This document shows positions 54,001 through 64,000 of a stretch of 64,000 bases of DNA, in pieces. Origin of the DNA: Trichoplax adhaerens (Eukaryota > Animalia > Placozoa). The stretch lies in assembly GCF_000150275.1 (NCBI RefSeq), contig NW_002060943.1, positions 9,642,209-9,706,208 on the forward strand. The letters are read 5' to 3'. The notes beneath the pieces were generated by a model that saw nothing but the letters and a program-made list of their open reading frames with translations, made no database searches and had not been told where the DNA came from. The position numbers and the translations under genes were made by a program. Every line of letters starts with the position of its first letter. Positions within the stretch are counted from its first letter, which is position 1.

Positions 54001-56430
54001 CATGTATATTTAAATTACTGTTTATAAAATTGTAGTAATCATGAAAACTTTGTGTATGATGTAATTCGTATTATAAGTAACCCTGGAAAGCCCGCCTATG
54101 GTGCTCAGCATCCTCCCCTTGCAAGGTTAATCAAAAGTTTATTTCTCTTGTTGGCAGATAGATAATATTTGACTTTTTAATCACGTAGTGTATTTATTGA
54201 TTAAATTTTAGCTCGATTGGTAATGGGCCGTCAAGTCCGACGATAAAGTCTGAATTATCATTTGAAGAATTTAGCGATAAAATAGCAGATGTATGGGATG
54301 CTAGCGATAAAGATGATATTTTAGATGTCATTAGATCTGATTCCCAATCAGAGAGTAAGTTATACGGTATTATAATTAATTGTTCTTGGCTATAAGCTTA
54401 ACGTATTACCGTAATATCATACTTTACTACATAGCAGACATTGACAATGCGTCTGATACGATCGAAGCTTCAAATCAATTTCAAAGAAAGTCTGCGAATT
54501 TAAAGGATTTATCGACGCAGTCAACTACCGCTTACAAAGGTATGAAGGGTATAACGAACATTTACTTCTAATTTACGATACATTTTGTTAATTGAACATG
54601 TAGTTAGCTACGCTGTACTTCAATATTACAGGTTCAACGTCACATAGTGAGCCGAAGCAGCAGACAACTAGTGATTCGCTTACAATGCAGGCTACACTGT
54701 TAGAGTTTGGTGATAGAGAAAGCAGTAGAAAAGAAAGGTTTTTGAGATGCCTTTCCGCACCGAATGTTGAATTTGGTAAGTCTTACAAATCGGGTCGATA
54801 TGATCACGATCATTTCTAATACTATCCACAAATATCAATTAGAAACATTACGCGAACTTAGTTGGAATGGTGTACCGAAATCCTTCAGACCGAAGGCTTG
54901 GCGTTTACTGTCTGTAAGTTGAGGTTCTACTGTTAGTACACCATAAAATCAGGTTTTATGGTTAGAAGTATACTTATTTTATTAAACTTAGGGTTATTTG
55001 CCTGTGAATGCCGAAAGACAAAAATTGACTCTCGAGAGAAAGCGTGATGAATATTGCAGCTATGTAGTAAAATACTATCCGCTTAGAAATGATCCTTCCT
55101 TTCAAGAGACATTTAGACAAGTGAGAAAATTTCCCTTTGTACAGTACATAAATATCAGTTCTTAATTAATTTACCTTTTGTAGATTCAAATTGATATACC
55201 GAGAACGAATCCTTTAGTACCGCTATTTCAACAACCATTGGTACAACAGGTACATCATTAAAAAAATTTGAAGTATTAATGACGCTAAAATCGTAAGTAT
55301 AATATTTAGGTTTTCGAACGAGTACTATTTATATGGGCAATGCGGCATCCAGCAAGTGGTTATGTACAGGGAATTAATGATCTAGTGACGCCGTTCTTCA
55401 TTGTATTCCTTACGGAATATATCAATGAAGGTAAAGTAGTTCTGCGCTGTTAGTTCGTAACTGTTTTGGTCTATCCTTTCTTCGTTCTGCTTAAACTTAA
55501 GTATTTCTGTACTGAAGGAAATATTTTTTGCAGAAGTGGATGTCGAAACGTATGACATAGTTAAGCTTTCATTAAAGCAGCTAGAGCTGATTGAAGCAGA
55601 CAGTTACTGGTGCTTAACTAACATATTAGATGGAATACAGGTAAAGATATTGTTACAGAACTGTGGTTGTATAGTATATTATAATAATTAATCGTACTTT
55701 CACCTTTGAAGGATAATTACACGTTTGCTCAGCCAGGGATCCAGAAAAAGGTGCAAACATTAAAGACGTTGGTTAGTCGGGTTAATGGTATTGTATCGTT
55801 ATGGCTATAATGATTCTAAGTTATAATTCATAAGAATTTATATTATTAATCTTATCACATATTATAATTATTAATATTTGTATCGTTAATTTCAGGTAAA
55901 TTGCACTTGCATTTAGAAAAGCACAATATAGAATACTTACAGTTCGCGTTTAGATGGATGAATAATATTTTAATGCGTGAACTTCCTTTACGATGTATTA
56001 TACGCCTGTGGGACACTTACCAAGTAATTAGTTTTTGTTAGTTACTTAAGCTACTATCTGGCGAATAGTACAGTATATTGAACTATTACTGTTTTACTTA
56101 TGATACGTATCAGGCAGAGCCAAATGGTTTCGCAGATTTTCACTTATACGTTTGTGCCGCATTTCTAAATCATTGGTCCAAAGAATTACTGGAAAGACAT
56201 GATTTTCAAGTTGGTATAGTTTTTGAGAGATATTTACAGCTAGTAATATACGCATATTTGATTGATAACTGCAAGTGAAATTTAACTCTTTCCAGAATTT
56301 AATGATTTTGTTACAAAATACACCGACTGATAATTGGACCGAAAGAGAAATCGCTGTTCTTCTAGCTGAGGCATTCAGTTTAAAGTACGCATTTGCTGAT
56401 GCTCCAAGTCATTTTCATAAAAAGAAATAA
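51035..56430 (+). CDS. TBC1D22: TBC1 domain family member 22 (Rab-GAP), multi-exon
   Basis: GFWKRNAIRVPG; YGAQHPPL; LRELSWNGVPKSFRPKAWRLLSGYLP; QIQIDIPRT; AMRHPASGYVQGINDLVTPF; QDNYTFAQPGIQ; LQFAFRWMNNILMRE; LAEAFSLKYAFADAPSH. Confidence 0.94.
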
Positions 56431-57641
56431 AAGTTACGGTAATCTTTTGCAAATTAATCTCGACATATATCATGTCGTAAGTTCTTTTAAGGTATATTTG
56501 CGCTAAACTATTAGAAATCAGCTCTTTGCTTTTCGTGAAATTTTTTTTGAGAATTCCTGTAATGATCTCCATCCATAAGCAAGTGTATTACTAGTTACAA
56601 TGTGAATTTTTGTACTGTATTTTACTTGAGTTTGCGTAATGGTTACCTGTGGCATGTGTAGCGAAGTGTAATATGATTAGGCTTACTGAAATTTAAATAT
56701 TCTCTTTATTTGATCTGATCAAGTTTATGTTCTAAATTTGACGTGTATAAAATACAGTTTGTTTGTGCGCATATTGTATTTGAATTTTTGGAATTAGCCA
56801 TTGATGTACTAACATGTACGCATACGTAACTGATTCGAAAACCGGAAGTTATTCAATTTTAAAATCGCACAACTCAGCTATGTTATAATGTTGTCAGCAT
56901 CATTAAATAGGATTAAACATTTTTAAATAACTTTCTTTTTTTGTACTTTATATTGTAGACAGTTGAACATATCCATCACTCGTTTTACCTTAATACCTAT
57001 CGTGCTAGAGAACCAGACTATTGATAAAATTATACTTTACAGAAGCCAAGCTAAAAGAGCTGAGCACGTCTCTGCTGAAATTCAAGTTTTTAGCGTGCTC
57101 GTGCAAGTGTGGAGTATTTGCAATTCAGCTGTAAACTGTCTACTGCCAGCGAATGGTTGTAATGTATATAGATTTACTATCCTATTTAACTATAAATTTA
57201 ATATTTGAATCTTGTGAACCTTCCTACAACAGCAATAATGGTACATTCTACATTTACATGTATGCGATAATTTATGAGTAGGAAATATCATTAAAACTAG
57301 TATCTCTCTGATGGAGAACAATATCGTTATATTAACCTGGTATAAAGTAAGTATATAGCTCCTGGTGTTCAATGTGAATATTCAACCACGGTATTATTTA
57401 ATTAGCACCTGCAGTTCTCTTACATAGCTGGACGTTGCTAACAAATGGCAACATAAGATTGTAAGTAGGTCGAGAAGCTCCCACAACAAATTATTCAGAG
57501 CGAAAAACTAAGACATTACTTGACAATTTTAACACATAATGTTGTAAGTTATATTTCAATTTACAAATATGCATGCAAGCTGTAATAAGTAAATTCGATA
57601 ATATCTCTAAACTTCAGAGTTATGAGCAATAGGATTAACTC

Positions 57642-60600
57642 CTAAGAATCTTCGAGGTCAAACTCCCACAACTCCTGTAACAAACCTAGATATAGTTATG
57701 CAAAATGAAATTTTTTAATTGATGATCCAATATTAGATAAGTGCAAGTCATAGAACTATTATAATACTAAAATGAATTTATAGTAGCAACAGTAGCTATT
57801 ACCGTCGGCTTGCTTCCAATTCGGATCATTCTTTTGAAGGTTGAGTATCGTTGATGCTAAGCGCAGAAAGTTGTTATCGGTTCTAAAACAATTAATAAGG
57901 CCAGGAATCTGTAAACTAAGAAAGTGTAGAAGCCATAGCCCTTTACTAATTAAAGGAATATTGATCCTGACAACAAAGTGCAAATACGGTCTCAGTATAT
58001 TTGTTTTATATCTCCCTGGTAATATAAGAGTAATCGTATAAAACTGTCGATCTTCTAAATTACATGCACGAATATAAAATACTTTACTTGTAGGGATTGG
58101 TAAAATTTTTCCCATCGGGTCCCAGTTCGGAATTAAGAAAATCAATTATATATCTATAAAACTATTAGATATCATGGACATCAATTATCATTGCAAATTT
58201 CAGAAAAAGTCTTTAGTGGTATATATTTTTAATCAATTAGAATATCAACATTACTTCGTCACAAATGAAATATCCTTCGCGTTCGGTTCGTAACTCTTGC
58301 ACAAAAGCCTTATGTGTTGCTAGAGAAGAAATAAATGATAATACAGCTTTTTTGCATCTTTCAACGTTGCCAGATAGCATCGATCTCTCTTCGGAAAGGC
58401 ATGAGCATAATCTATATAGGATAGTACAGTCTGAAATCACATGAAAAATGATTTTAGTATTATGGACTATTTGTGTATCTTTCCTAATAATACTCATACT
58501 TGACGGTTCGTAAAGTTTTAACAACAATTCCGACCGACGAAAGAAGCAATTCAGCAGACGCACTATTCCAATCACCCGTTCGTAAACGTTTGATTTTTCA
58601 CAGTTTAAGTAACGATTTAAGACTCCAGTCGCGAATACTAAATTCATTCTATAAAATTCGAGGTATGTGAAAGAGAATTCAGTAGCATAATTATCATTAT
58701 TATTAGTAAACACTAAGTAGTTCAACTACTTCGTAACGTATAAGATCAAGACAAAGCCATTAATCTTAGACCTCTTATAAAAATTTAACAGTTCTTACTT
58801 TTCCAAATTAGAGGATTCACAGTTTTGAGCTAAAGCGATCAGAAATTGCAGAGCATATTCTGCTATTTCAGAGTCCTACGAAGAACAGGATAGTAAGTAT
58901 ACAGTAGTATCCGGTCTAGTAACGGTTACAATACTTTCGATGTTATGACTACGATGTAAAGATCTCTTTGAATAACGTTTAAATATAACGAAGTAAACTT
59001 GACATAAAAGCTATATTTATCTTATCTTTCCGTTTATTACTGTAGTGAATATGTACACTATGGTCTCCTGAGCCAGAGAATTGATACCTATCAGACTATC
59101 ACTATTAACTGATATCGTCACGAATGTACAAAACAGATAATGCGATTTCTTGGGATTATTCGGGTTATTTCTCATAACGAAAGTACAGTATTCGCTGTAG
59201 ATCTACTTACCTTACAGCCAACCAGAAACACTGCTTTAGGAAAGATTTTGAAAGTAAATCCATCTTCTATTGAATTTGCAGTGACAAGATCTTTCTTAAT
59301 TAGTCTATTCGCAAGATACGAATATACGAAAGGGATAGAAAATAAACCGAAATAAAAGGATTTTAACGTTCAGAACGTTAAGGTACTATTTTTAGTAAGG
59401 GATTAAAGCTCACTTGTAGCTATACGCATAAACTCACTCTTTATCATCAAACTTATCGTAGTCGGCAATGCAAAGTTTTCGTTTGATTAGAGACTAATAA
59501 AAGTACACAAAATAAAAAATAATGGCAAGTATGCTCTTTACACCTTTTAAGCAAATTTTAAACATAATGTCTTTAATTAAGTCCAATATACCTTTTGTTG
59601 CTCGAGAACCAAAGTCGATTCCGCCTCAGATTTTGTTAAAATAAATTTCACCATTGAGGACTTACATTGGGCTAGGATGGTCAAGATACCTAAGATGCAA
59701 CGAAGATAGGGTATCCTAATCATAACTTTCTTAGCACCTAGTGACGTGTAGTTGAAACTAGTATCTTCATTGACAATTTCTTGGATTATTACTTCAACTG
59801 CTCTCAAAAATGATGAAATTCTCACTTGGTCGATGCTATTTCCATTGAAAGCTTTTAATTGCTTAGTAAACTCTTTTTGTATTGCTATCCAATGAAAATT
59901 TTTCTTGATGGTAAAAATTTCGGTAAATGAATCTAGAATTGTGTATAAGCTATTAATCGTTATATTCTTGCCGAGTGTCTTTCGTATATGCATCATTAAT
60001 ACTTTATAATGTAACAATTCGACACTAGAATTTCTATCTTGGACAGTATCAGATTTAACGACACTTCCAACAAGTTTTGATTCACACTTATTATTGCGTA
60101 AATCATCTTTGACTATTGGAATGTTCGGTAAATGCCACAAATTACAACGGTTGTGTTGATGAGCGGAAGTAAACTTAAAAAGTTGTAGTTTGTCAATATA
60201 CTCATGCAGCTGTAACAACTCTCTATCTCTGAACGAAAGCTGTGTTTTTAAGTTAGTAATTTCTATTTGCAACACTTTTTCGCTTTGCGCATCGGCGCTC
60301 CGTTTGCTACTTTCCAGTTGTGCTAACTGCTCTCTTAAATTAATTTCTTTGCTCTGATATTGCAATAGACGATTTCTTAGCATCGTAATCTCGCCGCACT
60401 GTTTGATAATATGGTTTTGTAAATCGTCCGTTTTCTTATGCAACTCAGGTATCGCATTCTTACAATTTCCAGTAGACAAAGTTTTGAAATTTCTATTCTC
60501 TTCTTCTTTTACCTCATTTGACGTACAATCAGAAGGTACCGGGTAATTTAGCTTTTCAACATCAGTAAGTGCCTGCGAACAAAGTTCATCCGGCAATTCA

Positions 60601-60773
60601 AACAGGGCCTCTAAAGGGGAATTACTTTCGCAAGGCTTACTTGCTAGGGCGACTTTTTTTCTTAGACGATATTTGTCAGACCCAATGAATGTTTCGTAAG
60701 GCTTTTCCTCAGCAAGCATATCATCGGAATCGTAAAGAAACCTTTTTCTACCATTATTGTTCGTGCTCTTCAT
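57642..60773 (-). CDS. ATRIP: ATR-interacting protein-like, multi-exon
   Basis: N-terminal SQAL; coiled coil GEITMLRNRL...LKTQLSFRDREL resembling ATRIP GEIKILRDSL...LQSELQFKDAEM; helical C-terminus GLWLLHFLS...LLQELWEFDLEDS*. Confidence 0.72.
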
Positions 60774-60829
60774 ACTTACTGACTACCAGGCATAAAATTC
60801 ATAGTGAATTATTAAAGGAAGAATAGCAA

Positions 60830-62150
60830 CTACTGTACAGTACTAGAGTAATGCACTTATAGGCACTTTGCATTCCTCCGAAGCACGAAGTACTGTACTG
60901 TACTGTAAATACTCGTACTGTATAAACAGTAACGTACTGTACTGTACAGTACGGTACAGTCAGTACAGTACTACAGTACCAATGTCATGCATTTGACTAA
61001 ATACTAGTGCAAACTCCCGTCGCTTTGCTGACGGTTTACGATAATGTGCTTATTTAACAGATAGTATTACCATTTGTCGTAGACCTGTCAGAGGTTCAGT
61101 AACTTTATACCGTGTACTGTACAGTAGATGAAAAGTACAGTACAGTACTGTAGTCCAATGACTGTACGTACAGTACACTATTTAATGTTTTGTGCCGAAT
61201 ATATGCGTCAATACACACAATTGACTATGAAGAAACTTTTTTCACACAGAGAGCGTAGAATGATTCGAAAATCATACCGGAAGGAACAGAAGTCAGAACA
61301 CTGAATACAGTACAGTATGATGATGTGGTAGGCTTATAGCAAACCAGTGTACTGTACGATTATAATATACAGTACTGTACAGGTTTTCTTCTAGTGGCCC
61401 ATTCTGCACGTAAAACTAACATCCATTCGTTTAGTAATAACTTGTACTGTAGAGCACAGCAGTATGATACATGTACAGTATGGGGATTTCATAGGATTTT
61501 TTTGCAGCAGTGTACTGTCAGTGTACTGTACAGTACACTTACAATAGACCACATCTCGTTAAAATATTGTGTCAAACGCTTTGTTATGACTTATGACAGT
61601 ACGTACTTTAATATTCAGATGGTCGATCTTAAATTGACTGATTTTCTAAATTAAGTAATACTGTATTACGCTAAATCTTATTATCTGTTGCTAAGTTCCG
61701 CTTGGAGACAGTTATATAAGATCTATGTTATTAAAGTTAGTACCAGTGATTTAGAAAACAGACACGGAAGATCTATAATAATTAGGCACTTTTCGATATT
61801 TAACCTTAAGACCTAAAGACCTCATTTGGTGAGCAAAGTCCGTCTGTCTGATCAGACAGACAGGAGGTGATCATTCCAGGTCTTCTTCTAGTAGTCTGTA
61901 CCTACTGTACTGTACTGTACAGTGTACAGTACAGTACATTGCGCTAGTTCATGTGCAGCACCGTGCCAACTTCACCGTCCATTTTATTTTATTTTTTTTT
62001 TTTATTTATACTGTACTGTATTTTATTTACTGTACTGTTGCCGTACAGTATTTCATTCTACTGTACTTTATTTATTCGATTTCTTTTACGGTTATTACCT
62101 ACTGTAGAATGTTTTATAATTATAATTGGAATTAAAACCGCTACAGTACA
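60830..62150. repeat. Dispersed (TACAG)n clusters across the ATRIP-ING3 divergent promoter
   Basis: Clusters at about 60830-60980, 61110-61180, 61305-61385, 61440-61535 and 61903-62150. Confidence 0.8.
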
Positions 62151-62238
62151 GTGCGGCATTTGAAACCACATTTTAAAGCACAGGATAATCACATACGAGT
62201 ATATGCGCACAGAGCAGTATATCATAGGCTAATTTGGC

Positions 62239-63803
62239 ATGCTATACTTAGAAGACTATTTAGAACTGATAGAACAGCTTCCAAATGAATTTAAAAGTCG
62301 CTTTGCTAAAATCAGGGAGATGGATTTGCAGGTCCAAAACGATATAGATAGCCTAGATACGAAAGTGAAAGACTTCTTTCAAAATGGTCGTAAAGCCAAA
62401 TCAGAGCGGAAACAATCTGATTATCTGGATATCAATGGGGTACGTTCGCTCGTGATGCAGTGCAGTGAACTGTTAGCACATATGTGGTAGTTCATATTTT
62501 TTAACTATTTTTGTAGCTTTTCTGCAATATAGCACTATACTGCTCTAAGCTGTACTTTTACAACATGCTGCAGTGATTAAGAATTTGGTATTGCACAGAA
62601 AACAGATGTAGATACGGGCACAAAAAGTGACATTGCTTATACCGTACACTACCCTATGATTCTGTCAGGACGAGAATTCGTGCGAAATCCTTAGCACTGT
62701 GGTACTGTATTCGACTGAGCAATTTTATCTAAATTTTCCTTTTTCTTTAGACCTATCTAAATACTATTGAGGTTGCCGATGAAAAAATCGTAATCGTACG
62801 AGAATTGCAGGAGCTCCTACAACGATATACAAAACGTCTTGTTCATGAACTGGAAAAATTTAAAATAGAGCTAGAAGCTGATAATCCTGGCATCACCGAT
62901 CAACTAGAGAAACACTCTTTCGAATTCGATCATTGTTGTTCACCACATACTAATTCTACCATCGCTGATATGCGCTTCCATCAGGTATCTACAGCAGGCC
63001 AAAAAAGAAAGCGTGACACTGAGTCAACGATTTCAAAATATAATGGTATTTTAGGTATTAGTAGTAAAAACTCTCCTAGTATATCTAATATAGCGAAGCC
63101 AGCAAACGATATTTCAAATTTTTCTACTCTGCAATCTAAAGTTTATACTAAAGCGAGTTCACCCAGAGGATCGGTACCATACAAATTGAATAGCGTATCT
63201 GGATGCAATAATGCTGCTGTAGAAGCAGCAGCATTCCAAGCTCTTTCAACTACTAAGCAGATGCAACAAGGTATGAAATTGGGAATTAAAGCCAGCCTGT
63301 TAATTCAAAGTTGCAATAGTTTAGATCAAAAGGCAAAATCTACTCTACATAAAGGCAGTCAAGAATTAGCTGAGGATGGCTCAGTTGCCTCGAAAAGTCA
63401 CGAATGTTTTCAAGTGTTGAACAAAGAGTCCACGAAGCAATTGGCGAAAAGAAAAGTACAGCAGAAATACGTAAGTTCAGTCGATAATGGGTATAATTCA
63501 GCAATAACATCAACTCCGCTGGCTGTTGATTCAACGCATAACACAGAAGTAAATGATGAAGTATCAGAAAGGCCTACAACATTAGAGATCTCAGAGTATG
63601 TTGTTGACCCGGATGAACCTCGTTATTGTATATGCAATCAAATTTCGTACGGTGAAATGGTTGGATGTGATAACGACGACTGTCCTATTGAATGGTTTCA
63701 TTATGCATGTGTTGGTATATCTGAGCCTCCTAAAGGAAAATGGTATTGTCCACAGTGTACAGTTAGTATGAAACGACGTAGTGCTAGAAGTGGGCACAAA
63801 TGA
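62239..63803 (+). CDS. ING3: Inhibitor of growth protein 3 (ING N-terminal domain + PHD finger)
   Basis: [15 protein letters not shown]...[10 protein letters not shown]; [17 protein letters not shown]; [41 protein letters not shown]...[10 protein letters not shown]. Intron about 62439-62750. Confidence 0.96.
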
Positions 63804-64000
63804 CGAAATTTATGTATCTTGCTGTATGATATAATTAATAGGCAGCACTGTTTATTAGTTAATTGCTCGATAACATTAACGGAGCAAAATTTTACCTTAC
63901 TACTAACGGTATTGCTGGTCGTAAACCCGAGCTAACGATTCATAATTTCCAATATAAGCTATGACTTGTACCTACCTTATTCCCTTAAATACTGTAGTTT

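Overview
AT-rich, gene-dense animal genomic DNA with many short GT-AG introns. Composition, intron size and gene set suggest an early-branching animal such as the placozoan Trichoplax (inference). Genes in order: EF-hand/coiled-coil protein (-, truncated at the left edge), NPRL2 (-), PCTAIRE-type CDK (+), an LRR-ROC-COR (Roco) protein ending in a CaaX-like motif (+), ARL8 (+), intronless MOGS (-), intron-containing tRNA-Tyr(GTA) (+), CFAP20DC/C3orf67 (+), RBM17/SPF45 (-), a RAP-domain helical-repeat protein (+), MANF/ARMET (-), TBC1D22 (+), ATRIP-like (-) and ING3 (+). Ten genes form five head-to-head pairs, and nearly every gene start lies beside an island of orientation-switching (TACAG)n repeats. 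The most notable observation is a candidate telomerase RNA of about 560 nt inside MANF intron 1, on the same strand as MANF. It has an exact CUAACCCUAAC template, nested long-range P1-like pairings, and a 3' hairpin with a UGAG (CAB-like) loop flanked by H/ACA-like motifs. The pseudoknot and P6.1 could not be resolved by eye. A tRNA-derived Pol III/SINE-like element lies upstream of ARL8. All gene models were assembled by eye, so internal exon boundaries are approximate.
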